The notes: a model not told the origin generated them from the letters alone. A DNA stretch of 36,097 nucleotides from a virus (IMGVR_UViG_3300030392_000170:1-36097); one strand, 5' to 3'; shown: positions 7,292 to 17,891, numbered from the stretch's first letter. Translations and numbers: made by a program.

Positions 7292-9133
7292 ATGAGTCAA
7301 GGACTAAATGCCTGGGGGAACATACAAACAGGAAGGTTAAAATGGGTAGAAAATGATGAGATATCAAATGTTACGGTGCATGATGTAACTATGGGATATC
7401 CTGAATCTCCAGCTATGGTAAGTTGTAATTCCCCAATAATATGTCAAATAGCATGGGGAAAAAGTTTGGCTAATATTCAAAATATAATGCTTAATGAAGA
7501 TTATTTACAGGGAGATGCTATAAACGCACTATTTAAAGTATATATAGGAGATAAATATGGACCTACATCAGTGCAGGATGGAAGTATGTCTGCTATTGGT
7601 AATATGAAGGAAATTGCAACATTAAGAAAAGGGAGAGACATTCCTTTTGTAAGTAATGATGGTATAAATCCACTATCAAATGAGTTAAGTAATGCGAAAA
7701 ATTATCATACATTTACTATAGATGTAGCCCCTATTGTTAGAGATTATCTTTCTTACACATTAGTGCCGTTATATAAAGGAGCTGCTTCATCTAAATTTCA
7801 AATGAGTGGAGATTATAGAACTAATGATTTTTGGGACTATACAAGCAGGCAGGGTTCATGGAAGTTTGTTGATATACTTATAAAGTTTGAGGTTAAAGAA
7901 AGTAATGATAATAATATTTTAGTAGAGAATTGTGATGACTATGTTCATATGGGAACAGGGGTATTGGTAAATACAGCTACTCAGTTTGATAGTCAACCCG
8001 CTGAAGTATTAAGCGAACAATATATGATGAAATATTTGCCTGGAGGAAATACTTATGAGACAAAATTTTTCACTAATTGTCCTAATGGATTTGAAGATTC
8101 AACAAGTGAAAACTACATGAAGCCTGTTAGACTAGAAGATGAGGGAGAATACCTAAGCTTTTTTGTATCAACCTTTCCCCATGATAATAGTGGTGGTGGC
8201 ACAACTGAAACAAATCCTATTTTTGATATGACTGACTTTTTTGCTTATGTAGTAATAACTGATATAGATACAACTACTTCTACTATTAATTTAAGAGATG
8301 TTTATGAAACATTGGGAGATGATAGTGGATTCGCAGGTTATGCAAGTACATTTTGGAGTGGTGTGGCAGCTGATGATTGGAAACAATTAATGACTACTCA
8401 GCAAATGAGAAGGCATCCATACAAATATTTAACTCAAAATGTATCTCCAGCATTTTTGAATAGAATATCAGCTGGAAAAATAAGTTCTACTACAGATTAT
8501 TATGTAGTTCAATATAAATGGAATAGCACTACTCTAGGAGGAACAGAATCATGTAGCGAGAATAGAATTTATAAAATAGACCACACTTCAGCTAAACTTC
8601 CTTATAATTTTGTAAGATTTCATTGGGTAAATAGAATGGGTGGTATAGACAGCTATACATTTAAGCGTAATGTAACAGAAAGAATTGATATAACAAAAAC
8701 ATTTTTTGAAAAGACTGCTCCTAATAAACAATATCAACAAGGGTGGGACGCTACTAACAATGCTTATGGATATCCTTCGGATATTAACAGAGCTAGACCT
8801 CAAGACCCTTTAGGTGGAGATAATTATAAGCCCTCTATAAATACTTTGTCTATTGACGCTATTCGTAATAGTTCAGTTTATACTGAGCCTATAAATACTC
8901 AACTATCTAAATGGTTAGAAGAACTTTTTACATCTCCAAATGTTTGGGTAGAATTAGAAAATGACGCTTCTACATACTCTAATACTAGGTCAGAAGCCCA
9001 TCCATCTACAAGAGATTATTTTCCTGTAACTATAAATAATACTGAGTTCGTATTGGCGGATGAAGAATTAGGACTTGTTACTGTTAATATAGAATATACT
9101 CACTCATCTAAAGTTAATACACAAGAAAACTAA
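7292..9133 (+). CDS. Tail structural protein (distal-tail/Dit-like, Bacteroidetes siphovirus type)
   Basis: 613 aa; C-terminal FHWVNRMGGIDSYTF and WLEELFTSPNVW motifs; lies upstream of the hub-like gene. Confidence 0.6.
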   Translation: MSQGLNAWGNIQTGRLKWVENDEISNVTVHDVTMGYPESPAMVSCNSPIICQIAWGKSLANIQNIMLNEDYLQGDAINALFKVYIGDKYGPTSVQDGSMSAIGNMKEIATLRKGRDIPFVSNDGINPLSNELSNAKNYHTFTIDVAPIVRDYLSYTLVPLYKGAASSKFQMSGDYRTNDFWDYTSRQGSWKFVDILIKFEVKESNDNNILVENCDDYVHMGTGVLVNTATQFDSQPAEVLSEQYMMKYLPGGNTYETKFFTNCPNGFEDSTSENYMKPVRLEDEGEYLSFFVSTFPHDNSGGGTTETNPIFDMTDFFAYVVITDIDTTTSTINLRDVYETLGDDSGFAGYASTFWSGVAADDWKQLMTTQQMRRHPYKYLTQNVSPAFLNRISAGKISSTTDYYVVQYKWNSTTLGGTESCSENRIYKIDHTSAKLPYNFVRFHWVNRMGGIDSYTFKRNVTERIDITKTFFEKTAPNKQYQQGWDATNNAYGYPSDINRARPQDPLGGDNYKPSINTLSIDAIRNSSVYTEPINTQLSKWLEELFTSPNVWVELENDASTYSNTRSEAHPSTRDYFPVTINNTEFVLADEELGLVTVNIEYTHSSKVNTQEN

Positions 9134-9134
9134 T

Positions 9135-12100
9135 ATGTCTGACAAAGCAAGCAAGGTAAGGGTTCAAATTATAGACTTACAGTCTACAATAGGAGCTAAT
9201 TTACTAGATTTAGTAAATTCTACATACAGTCAAGGTTCGGCTTGGAATGGGCATTGGCTAACTCCTTCAAGTGGGGCGTATGTTATTCCTAACTATGGGC
9301 AGCTTTCAGCTCTAGGAGGACCTAACTTACTGGCAGGTATAATTGATTCTAATTATAATGGAGGGTTATTAGAATTTGGAAAACTATATAGACTTTGGTT
9401 TAGAGTAGAAAGATATACAGAGTTTACAGTGTATCAAGATTGTATTTCTGAGGGGGGTGCTATGGATTGTCAGGGGTATATAGGGTTTGCTAATTTAGGT
9501 GGTATCTCAAATAATGCTAAGTTAAATGCTAATGGGGAATATATGGAATTTTTTACAGCGACAGGTACTGAGGTAAATATAATGTGTGATGAATCTTTCG
9601 TTGTTACTACTCCCCCCGCAGGACCTGTTACCCCAACTAGACTATACGCTACAATAACGGAAGTTCCTGATGATATAGGTAAGAATGTTATAGGAGAGTT
9701 AGATATTACAAATAGTGAAGATTTCCCCTTAGCTATAACATACGCTATTTCTGATGGTAACGATATAGAAGCTAAATTTGGAGATTATTCAAAGTCATTT
9801 GATGTTCCAGCTACAAAAAATAATAATAGATTACTTGAGCATGTAGGTAACGCTCAGGTAATTGACTCTAAAAATATGTATGGGTTAAAAGACTGTAGGA
9901 TATTGGTAGGGGAGATTGAATTTTTTACAGGTAAGATACAAGTAGGTGGAGTTACACAGCAATCTTCTATAGACTCTTATAATTGTACTGTATATGGAGG
10001 TAATTACTCTTGGCTGTCTGAAATAAAAAGCTCAAATCTATGTGATATTTTTGATAGTGATTATTATATAGATTATAGTTATGATGATATTTATAATAAA
10101 ATGACAAACTCTAACTATGCTGGTGGATATGCTCCTGGCAGCCCATATCTTTTTCCTTTAATTAGTTATGGAGATTTTTACCCAGATGGCTCAAATGGAG
10201 TTGTAAATCTATATGACCCAACAGACCCATCTCAAGATTGGAGACCTGCGTATTGGATTTACGATATGATACAAAAGATATTTGATAATATAGGATATAC
10301 CATTGAAAGTGATTTTATGGACAACCCTGATAAGGAGTTTAAAAGATTATGTGCCTCCTTCCCTTTAGAGAGAATTACTCTCCCTGTAGATGGGCAAACA
10401 ATGGTAACAATGAAGCAATGGAATCAAGACGCCGCTCCTGATAGGGGAATATATGGTATATGGGACGCTGCGGTTAGTAGTAAGAATTATCAAACAATAC
10501 ACGCTGCTCAAGCTTTTACACAGGGTAGTACAGGGGCTTATAAAGGCGATACTACTGCTTGGCATACTATTAAAATGGATTCAGTAATACAAGACACTTT
10601 TAGTAATTATAATACTACTACAGGGGTATGGACTGCTAATGCCTATGGATTTTTTGATGCATCTACTGATGTTCATTTGTTAATAGGTAATTTTGATAAT
10701 TCTAATACAGCTCCAACACTACAAACATCAGCAAATGATACATGTCAGGTAAATTGTAGGATAGTAGCTCGTGATGATAATGGAGTTCAACAATATATAT
10801 CTGGAGGAGATTGGGCGGATGCTGGTGTGGAAAGTTATACTCAGATAGAGGGGTTAACTCAATTAGGTAAAAAGACTCCACATGCTAGTAGTCCCTGCTA
10901 TCCAGGCTCGGCTAGCCCTATATTGATATCTTGTAAAAGAAATATGGTTGCTGAAGCATGGTATATGGAGCCAAATTGGACTATTAGAGTTCAGGTGCAA
11001 GTAAGATTTAAAGATATAAACAGTGGCACTTACGAAGAAAATCCCGCTAACTGTAAATGGGGTATGATTTCTTTAGCTGACCCTTGGCTAGACGCTAATT
11101 CAGGGTTTAACACATCTGTATCTCCTAATGCTGGTTACGCTATGTATTTCTTTAATGGTACTAATTATTATACTCTCTCAGCTGGTGGTACAAATGGATT
11201 GATATGGTCTAACTCTCCTAGCTCAAAATATAGTAGCTTCGATACTAAAAATATTAAGGAAGGATGGGAGTACCAAGAGCTGCCTTTCTTTAAGGTTATT
11301 CCAAGTCAACCTGAAATGAGTTTAGTTACAGGCAATAGATATTATTTAGAAGATTTATTACCTTGCTCAATCTCTCAAACTGATTTTATAAAAGGTATTT
11401 CTCATTTATTTAATTTACAGTTTAGAACTGATACTCAGACTAAAAAAGTTTATATTGAACCTTATAATGAGTTTTATAAATCTAAAAGCTTCGCTTATGA
11501 TTGGAGTAATAAGGTAGATTATTCTCAAGATATTATAGACTCTTTCTCTATTGGTTTAAGTGAAGAAATTTCTTTTGAATATAAAACTGATGGTGCTGAT
11601 GGGTTAATGAAATTTATAAATGAATCTTTTAAGGCAGAGGGTGCTCAAAATTATTTCTTTAATTATCACTCAGTTTTAGGGACTCAATTCCCTAAAGGAC
11701 TAAAGTCATTTAAAAACCCTGTTTTTGCTTCTACATGGACTGATTGGGATGCTGATTCTTGTGGTAGTAGTGGTGTTAACCCTAAATTAACCCCTATCAT
11801 AAACAAAGAATTATCTGTATTTGGTATGGGGGTTGTACCTCATCCAACTAGACCAGCAAAAATAGATAAATATGTACCTCGTATATTAAAATATAAGGGA
11901 TGGGTATTGGGAGATAATCATGCTAATTTTATGACTAAATGGAATAGGCATCAGCTGGTAGGTGGGGTTTTTAGTACTCCTGGCAGTGCTTATTCTCCTA
12001 GAGCTACATTCGTTGATTGGGAATCAACTAGCACAGAGAGATTTGGAAATTTATCTTTCAATAATGAAGCAATCAATCCTCCAACTACAACAACTTGGGC

Positions 12101-12359
12101 TGAAGTTAAGGGTCTTTATGCGATTTATTGGGAGAAAATGATTAATCAACTTAGAGACAATCCAAGAACAAGAACTTATTTTATTAATCTTACAATGAAC
12201 GATATTTTAACTATGGATTTATCAAAACTTGTATATATTGATGGTGTGTATTGGAAAATAAATAAAATAATAGATTTCTCTCCAGCATCAAAACAACTAA
12301 CAAAAGTAGAACTTGTGCAATGGACTGACACTCCTACGCCGACTATTAAACATGAATAA
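9135..12359 (+). CDS. Tail tip / baseplate hub-like protein
   Basis: 1074 aa; YSKSFDVPATKNNN, FPLISYG, QTDFIKGISHLFNL, IEPYNEFY...DWSNKVD, YWKINKIIDF...TKVELV. Confidence 0.7.
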   Translation: MSDKASKVRVQIIDLQSTIGANLLDLVNSTYSQGSAWNGHWLTPSSGAYVIPNYGQLSALGGPNLLAGIIDSNYNGGLLEFGKLYRLWFRVERYTEFTVYQDCISEGGAMDCQGYIGFANLGGISNNAKLNANGEYMEFFTATGTEVNIMCDESFVVTTPPAGPVTPTRLYATITEVPDDIGKNVIGELDITNSEDFPLAITYAISDGNDIEAKFGDYSKSFDVPATKNNNRLLEHVGNAQVIDSKNMYGLKDCRILVGEIEFFTGKIQVGGVTQQSSIDSYNCTVYGGNYSWLSEIKSSNLCDIFDSDYYIDYSYDDIYNKMTNSNYAGGYAPGSPYLFPLISYGDFYPDGSNGVVNLYDPTDPSQDWRPAYWIYDMIQKIFDNIGYTIESDFMDNPDKEFKRLCASFPLERITLPVDGQTMVTMKQWNQDAAPDRGIYGIWDAAVSSKNYQTIHAAQAFTQGSTGAYKGDTTAWHTIKMDSVIQDTFSNYNTTTGVWTANAYGFFDASTDVHLLIGNFDNSNTAPTLQTSANDTCQVNCRIVARDDNGVQQYISGGDWADAGVESYTQIEGLTQLGKKTPHASSPCYPGSASPILISCKRNMVAEAWYMEPNWTIRVQVQVRFKDINSGTYEENPANCKWGMISLADPWLDANSGFNTSVSPNAGYAMYFFNGTNYYTLSAGGTNGLIWSNSPSSKYSSFDTKNIKEGWEYQELPFFKVIPSQPEMSLVTGNRYYLEDLLPCSISQTDFIKGISHLFNLQFRTDTQTKKVYIEPYNEFYKSKSFAYDWSNKVDYSQDIIDSFSIGLSEEISFEYKTDGADGLMKFINESFKAEGAQNYFFNYHSVLGTQFPKGLKSFKNPVFASTWTDWDADSCGSSGVNPKLTPIINKELSVFGMGVVPHPTRPAKIDKYVPRILKYKGWVLGDNHANFMTKWNRHQLVGGVFSTPGSAYSPRATFVDWESTSTERFGNLSFNNEAINPPTTTTWAEVKGLYAIYWEKMINQLRDNPRTRTYFINLTMNDILTMDLSKLVYIDGVYWKINKIIDFSPASKQLTKVELVQWTDTPTPTIKHE

Positions 12360-12364
12360 AAATT

Positions 12365-12736
12365 ATGGCAAACTTACATCAATCAACATCATCAAAACCT
12401 AACATATCTTTAAATCCTGAGACTCTTAAAGATAGTAATACGAGCGCTCAGCAAGGAGTTGAAGAATTTAATGCTGGAGGAGTTTTTATGACTCATAGTT
12501 TTATAACCGCTTCTTCAGCTGATGTTGTTACTGAAACTACTAGGTGTTGTGATTCGGATGTATTAACTGCTGTACAGGTTTCAATGGACAATACTACAGA
12601 AGAAATATTTTTACCTATTATTATGACTGATGATTTTAATAAGGTACATCCTGTAACTAGAAGCACAAATAGATTTGATTCTTATTTGGGTAATAGTAGT
12701 AAATTTGATAAAGACAGTAATCAAATAGAACAATAA
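12365..12736 (+). CDS. Hypothetical protein in the tail module
   Basis: Tightly packed ORF, 123 aa. Confidence 0.7.
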   Translation: MANLHQSTSSKPNISLNPETLKDSNTSAQQGVEEFNAGGVFMTHSFITASSADVVTETTRCCDSDVLTAVQVSMDNTTEEIFLPIIMTDDFNKVHPVTRSTNRFDSYLGNSSKFDKDSNQIEQ

Positions 12737-12738
12737 TA

Positions 12739-13272
12739 ATGGCAGAATTTCAACACTTAGAAATAGAATTAAAAAGAATAGGAGAACAACTTGTTAAGAT
12801 AATGAGAGATATATTAAGAAAACAAGACCATGTAGCTTCAGGTAGATTAAACGATAGTTTTGTATATAGGGTTGATTCTTCTAGTGATTTAGTAGAGTTA
12901 AATATTGCTAATAATGCACATTATTGGGAAAGAATAAATGATTATGGTAAGGGTAGTGGTGGACTGTCTGTTGAATATGAAGTTATATTAGAATGGATGA
13001 TTAGTAGTGGTAAATCAAGTATTTTTGGAGGTTATTCTAATGATGAAAAAGTTAGGTGGGCTAAAAATATAGCTCGTGAATTAGCTTCTAAATACCCTAC
13101 TAAATTTGGTAGAGGAGATATGGGTAGGTCAAACTTTGTAGAAAAAGCAGATTTAATAGCAATACAAATAGGATTGTATAATAATATAGATACAGCTTTA
13201 CCAAAAGAAGTAGATGAGTATTTCAAATACTTAGAAGAAGGTGGTAATGTAATAGATATATTCGCAGGATAA
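12739..13272 (+). CDS. Tail completion / neck protein (HK97 gp10-like, putative)
   Basis: HVASGRLNDSF motif; AKNIARELA...G...SNFVEKA; 177 aa. Confidence 0.55.
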   Translation: MAEFQHLEIELKRIGEQLVKIMRDILRKQDHVASGRLNDSFVYRVDSSSDLVELNIANNAHYWERINDYGKGSGGLSVEYEVILEWMISSGKSSIFGGYSNDEKVRWAKNIARELASKYPTKFGRGDMGRSNFVEKADLIAIQIGLYNNIDTALPKEVDEYFKYLEEGGNVIDIFAG

Positions 13273-13285
13273 TAAATAAAAAAAT

Positions 13286-16200
13286 ATGGCAAAGATAAAT
13301 AAGGTAATAAATGTAAAGGTTGAGGGTGTAGGTAAAATCAAACAACTTGAAGATAGTCTTAAGAAATTAAGAAAACAGCAAAGAGACATCAAGAAAGATA
13401 TGAAAGATGGAGCTAATGCTGGTAAACACGCTGAAGCTCAATACAAAAAGAATGAAAACGCTATTAAAGGTCAATCAAAAGCTTTAAGAGACACAAAGAA
13501 AGCTATGTTAGATGCTAATAACGCTACTAAAAAAGGTACTAGCTTACAGAAGTCAATGACTATGGGGGTTATAAAGGGAGCTGCTGCTTTCACTATCTTA
13601 TTAACTGCTTTCAGAAGGGTTAGTCAAGCTCTAACAACAATGATTGGTACATTTACAGAGTTTGAATTTACTATGGCTAAAGTTAAAGCTGTTAGTGGAG
13701 CTAATGCAGAAGAATTTAAAAGATTGTCAGACCAAGCTCAAGAATTAGGTCGTTCAACATTCTTTACCGCTTCTGAAGTAGCTAATCTACAGTTAAATTT
13801 ATCTAAATTAGGATTTACAGTAGTAGAAATAGAACAAGCTACACAGGGAGTTATTAATCTTTCTATAGCTACAGGTAGTGATTTAGCTAGAGCTGCTACT
13901 GTTGCGGGTAACGCTATTAGAGGGTTTCAATTAGACGCTAGTGAAACAACAAGGGTGGTAGATGTTATGGCTGTTGCATTTACATCTTCTGCTTTAGATA
14001 TTGAAAAATGGCAAACATCTATGACTAAAGTAGCTCCAATTGCCGCTATGGCTGGTTTTTCTATTGAAGAAACAGCAGCTATTATGGCTAAATTATCTGA
14101 CACAGGTATTGAAGCTTCTATTGCTGGTACATCTTTAAGAAATATTTTATTAAAAATGCAAGACCCTACATCTGAATTAACTAAAAAAGTAGGACATACC
14201 ATTACTAATTTAGACCAAATGCTAGAGGTGTTTAAAGAGCTACAAGATGAGGGAACTGATTTAGCGGATATTTTATCTTTTATGGATGTAAGACAAGTAG
14301 CTGCTTTTGGTACAATGTTAGAAGGAGCTGAGGATATTAAAGCCTTGAGAGATGAGTTAATGTTAGCTGATGGAGCTGGGCAAAGAATGGCTGATACTGT
14401 TGGAGATACATTACAAGGAAGTATATTTAAGGTTAAATCCGCTTTACAAGGAGTTTCAATAGCTTTAGTTCAGCAGTTTGGAGGAGCCTTAAAAAACACT
14501 CTAAAAAGATTTGCGGAATGGCTTAATTCTCTTGTTGAGAATGAAGAAAAATTAAAAAAGTTTTGGGAGACAGTTAAGTTTACTACTAAAATGATTTTTG
14601 CTTTTGTTATAGGACTTAAGCCAGCTAGAGCTGCGTTGAAATATCTTGCCGCTGATACCGCTTTGGCTAGTGGAGCGATGAGTGGATTAACAATAGCTAC
14701 AAATATAGCTAAATTTGCCGTGAGAGCATTAAAAGTAGCTATAGTATCTACAGGTATAGGTATTTTAATTATAGGTTTAGGGGAGTTAGTTGCTTGGCTA
14801 ATGTTTAGTCAAACGGAAACAGAGAGATTAGCAGATGTCACTGATGACTATGGTAGGAAAATACAAGATATTATAGATAGACAAAAGATACTAGAGGATA
14901 TAGATAAAAAAGTTATTGATAATACAACGAAAAAATCAAAAGCTGTTGATATTTTAGTTAGAGCATATAATAGAGCTGAAGCTACTGAAAAGGATAGGCT
15001 TAAGATATTAGGTAAATTAGCAGATATCAGTGAGAAACATTTTGGGCATTTAAGAGGTCAAGTAAATGCGTTTAATGACGCTGAAATAGCTGCTGAAAGT
15101 TATAAAGAGGAGCTTAAAAAATTAGCTAAAGTAGAGGCTACCAAAGGAGCTTTGATAGATGTTGAGGATAATATCTTAAAAATGGAGATGGAATACAAGA
15201 GGTCTGTCGAACTAGTGCGTGTTTTGCGGGGGGATGTGTTGACACTTTTCGAAAACTTAGGGAGTGAAGGTTTTGGTGGGTATGATTTTGCTGGTGCTGT
15301 GGAGTTTTATCGAACATGGATGGGTGAAGAAGATGATAAGTTCTTAAAGGCTTTTGATAAAATTCAAGCTGGGTTAGGGGATGAGCTTATAGAAGCAAGG
15401 AGGATGAGAGATGAACTTAACATTCTTATTGATAAGATGGATATAGATGACCTTTTTGACTTTGAGCCAGAAGATAAGACGCAGTTAGCACAATACACGA
15501 TGCAGGAACTGATAGATAGAGAAAAGGCACTTGTTACAATGGTGCAGAACGAAAACCAGCATCAGATAAATATGCTTGAAGCTAAAAAGAGAGGTATTGA
15601 AGCGTTTAGAATCCAAGATAATGTAAGTGATGCGGAAGAAAAGAGAAGTTTAATACAGTTAAACGCAACTAAAAGAAGTTTAAATAAATCTTATTACAAA
15701 CAAGAGTTAGAAGAATTAACAATTAATAGAGACGCTGAGAAAATAATAGCGGAAGAAGAAATAAGTGATGATGCTAAGAAGAAAGAAAAATTATCAGAAA
15801 TCCAATTGCAATTTCTTAAAGATAAAAAGAAGTTAGCTGAACTATATAATGTAGATATAGCAAAGATGGATAATGAGATACATCTCGAAACAATAAAAAA
15901 GAACAAAGATACATTTAGGAGAATGATAAGAGAATTAGATACTATCTATGAGGAAGAAAAATATGCTTTAGATTTGAGGTTAGCTAATAAAGAGATTTCA
16001 GAATCTGAACATAATCTAAGGATGATGGAATTAACTCGTAATTACCTGAATCAAAAACTTAAATTGTTTGATTTATATTCACAAGATACTATACAACTAG
16101 ATGAGCAAGTGAGAACACATACTATAGAGACTCTAAATGCTCAAGAACAGGCAATGAGAGAGTATATAGGAGCTTTAGGAGATTTAGGTGGTTTTATGCA

Positions 16201-17032
16201 AGATGTAGCTGGAGAGGAGGAGGAAATGAACGCTGTGAGAAAAGCTGGTATAATAATAACTCAAGCTGCAGCTACAGCAGAACAGATAATGGCTCTAATG
16301 ACTACTCTTAGCACATTAGCTACAGCAGCTGATATAGCTATTACTCCCGCTAAGGTAGGTGCTGATGGAGCTAAAACAGCCTCTACTATAATGTTAGCTG
16401 GAGCTACCTTTTTGAAGTCTATAGCGGATGGTATAAGGGGGTTGCCTTGGTGGGCTCAATTAATTGGTATAATAGCAATTGTAGCAGCTATTAGAGCTGC
16501 TAAAAGAAATATAACAAGTGCTTTTAAAGGAACTTCAACCACATCTACGCCAAGTAGTAGTTTACCTAGTAGTAGTAGTAGTTATAGTAGTAGTAGTAGT
16601 AGTGGTGGTGGAGGTGCGGGTAGTTATACAGGTCTAATGACTTTTGGGGGGCAACACACTACTCTTGGAACGGTATCTCAATATGCTGATGGTGGGATGG
16701 TGTATGGAAATTCTCATAGTCAAGGTGGAGAGAAATTTGCTGTAGGAGGTAGAGTAGTAGAATTAGAAGGTGGAGAAGCGGTTATAAATAAAAGAAGCTC
16801 TAAAATGTTTAGAAGCCAATTATCAGCTATGAATTATGCTGGAGGCGGGGTTAAGTTTGCTGATGGTGGGATAACAAATATTCCTTCATTTGCACAAACA
16901 CAATTTGCAGTTTCAGGACAAGAGAATATGAGAAACGCTGCTAGAACAACAAGTAAAGTTGTAGTTGTAGAGGCTGATATTACAAATTCACAGAATAAAG
17001 TAACCGCAATTGAAGCAGAAGCAAGTTTTTAA
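13286..17032 (+). CDS. Tail tape measure protein (TP901-type)
   Basis: FEFTMAKVKAVSGA, LGRSTFFTASEVA, GIEASIAGTSLRNIL; hydrophobic segments; coiled coil; C-terminal YADGGMVYGNSHSQGG...ELEGGEAVIN. Confidence 0.93.
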   Translation: MAKINKVINVKVEGVGKIKQLEDSLKKLRKQQRDIKKDMKDGANAGKHAEAQYKKNENAIKGQSKALRDTKKAMLDANNATKKGTSLQKSMTMGVIKGAAAFTILLTAFRRVSQALTTMIGTFTEFEFTMAKVKAVSGANAEEFKRLSDQAQELGRSTFFTASEVANLQLNLSKLGFTVVEIEQATQGVINLSIATGSDLARAATVAGNAIRGFQLDASETTRVVDVMAVAFTSSALDIEKWQTSMTKVAPIAAMAGFSIEETAAIMAKLSDTGIEASIAGTSLRNILLKMQDPTSELTKKVGHTITNLDQMLEVFKELQDEGTDLADILSFMDVRQVAAFGTMLEGAEDIKALRDELMLADGAGQRMADTVGDTLQGSIFKVKSALQGVSIALVQQFGGALKNTLKRFAEWLNSLVENEEKLKKFWETVKFTTKMIFAFVIGLKPARAALKYLAADTALASGAMSGLTIATNIAKFAVRALKVAIVSTGIGILIIGLGELVAWLMFSQTETERLADVTDDYGRKIQDIIDRQKILEDIDKKVIDNTTKKSKAVDILVRAYNRAEATEKDRLKILGKLADISEKHFGHLRGQVNAFNDAEIAAESYKEELKKLAKVEATKGALIDVEDNILKMEMEYKRSVELVRVLRGDVLTLFENLGSEGFGGYDFAGAVEFYRTWMGEEDDKFLKAFDKIQAGLGDELIEARRMRDELNILIDKMDIDDLFDFEPEDKTQLAQYTMQELIDREKALVTMVQNENQHQINMLEAKKRGIEAFRIQDNVSDAEEKRSLIQLNATKRSLNKSYYKQELEELTINRDAEKIIAEEEISDDAKKKEKLSEIQLQFLKDKKKLAELYNVDIAKMDNEIHLETIKKNKDTFRRMIRELDTIYEEEKYALDLRLANKEISESEHNLRMMELTRNYLNQKLKLFDLYSQDTIQLDEQVRTHTIETLNAQEQAMREYIGALGDLGGFMQDVAGEEEEMNAVRKAGIIITQAAATAEQIMALMTTLSTLATAADIAITPAKVGADGAKTASTIMLAGATFLKSIADGIRGLPWWAQLIGIIAIVAAIRAAKRNITSAFKGTSTTSTPSSSLPSSSSSYSSSSSSGGGGAGSYTGLMTFGGQHTTLGTVSQYADGGMVYGNSHSQGGEKFAVGGRVVELEGGEAVINKRSSKMFRSQLSAMNYAGGGVKFADGGITNIPSFAQTQFAVSGQENMRNAARTTSKVVVVEADITNSQNKVTAIEAEASF
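16553..16621 (+). repeat. (AGT)n/(GGT)n microsatellite encoding a Ser/Gly linker in the tape measure protein
   Basis: AGT runs followed by GGTGGTGGAGGT; protein SSSLPSSSSSYSSSSSSGGGGAG. Confidence 0.85.
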
Positions 17033-17035
17033 GAT

Positions 17036-17236
17036 ATGTTTGTTAATAAAAAAGTTAAACAAGACAGGTTAGATACTTGTAAAAAGTGTGATTTTTACAG
17101 AAATTTTTTAATGTTAAGAAATCCTAAATGGAATTGGGGAGCAAGATGTGGTAAATGTAAATGTTTTTTAGATGCTAAAACAACCCTTACTAAAGAATTT
17201 TTTGGGGAGTGTCCTTTAGATAAATGGAAAGAGTAA
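17036..17236 (+). CDS. Small Cys-rich protein (DUF6171-like pattern)
   Basis: RLDTCKKC...RCGKCKCFLDAK...CPLDKW. Confidence 0.7.
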   Translation: MFVNKKVKQDRLDTCKKCDFYRNFLMLRNPKWNWGARCGKCKCFLDAKTTLTKEFFGECPLDKWKE

Positions 17237-17272
17237 TTAATAACTCAAATAGAGTTGAAACTGTTGAATAAT

Positions 17273-17515
17273 ATGAGTATAGAAGTAATAGCTGAAAAGA
17301 TTAAGGGAGAAAAAAGAAAAGAAATAATGGAGAGTGTTATTAGTAATAAGGAACATATGGAGTCTAAGAATAAATATCATCCTACAAGCTTACCTTTCTT
17401 ATTTGCTGAATGGCATAGACATTTCCCTAATGTCAAACAAACTATTACTTGCAATGGATGTAGGAAGGCTGTAACTAAATTTTGGACTCAGGTATATAAT
17501 TATTGGGAAGAATAA
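17273..17515 (+). CDS. Hypothetical protein with CxxC
   Basis: ATG at 17273 preferred over TTG 17255; TCNGCRK. Confidence 0.7.
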   Translation: MSIEVIAEKIKGEKRKEIMESVISNKEHMESKNKYHPTSLPFLFAEWHRHFPNVKQTITCNGCRKAVTKFWTQVYNYWEE

Positions 17516-17516
17516 G

Positions 17517-17840
17517 ATGGCACAAAGAGAAAATAAAGCAGATATAATAACAGAGTATATTAACTTATTATATAATGAGTTAAAATTAAGGTTTGGAGAT
17601 GAACCTCAAATAAAAGATATGCTATCTCATTTAATTGAGAGAGGCATGATAGAGCCAAAAAGGCTAAGAAATTATATGGTAATTAGAGATTTTGATGAGT
17701 TACTTGTTACCAATGATGGGAATAGAACCAATAGTTTTATAGACTTATCAATAAAATATGATATAACTGAACGAACAGCTCAGAACATAGTTTATAAGGA
17801 GAGAGATAAATCTATGTTAAAACGAAATGTTCGTGGGTAA
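17517..17840 (+). CDS. Mor/C-family-like transcription activator (putative late activator)
   Basis: C-terminal RNYMVIRDF...LSIKYDITERTAQNIVY resembles the Mu Mor/C helix-turn-helix; directly adjacent to late promoter 3. Confidence 0.6.
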   Translation: MAQRENKADIITEYINLLYNELKLRFGDEPQIKDMLSHLIERGMIEPKRLRNYMVIRDFDELLVTNDGNRTNSFIDLSIKYDITERTAQNIVYKERDKSMLKRNVRG

Positions 17841-17846
17841 ATCTTT

Positions 17847-17891
17847 TTTCCATTTTTTTCGTAAATAAAATATTAATTAAAATTATTTTTG
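17847..17891 (+). promoter_or_regulatory. Putative late promoter 3 (head operon)
   Basis: TTTCCATTTTTTTCGT (17847-17862)-N21-TATTTTTG (17884-17891); both boxes identical to those at 4540-4584. Confidence 0.75.

Noticed and set aside
9135-12359. Diversity-generating retroelement target in tail genes
   Set aside because: No reverse transcriptase and no template/variable repeat pair seen; differences between the terminal alleles include indels and are not adenine-specific
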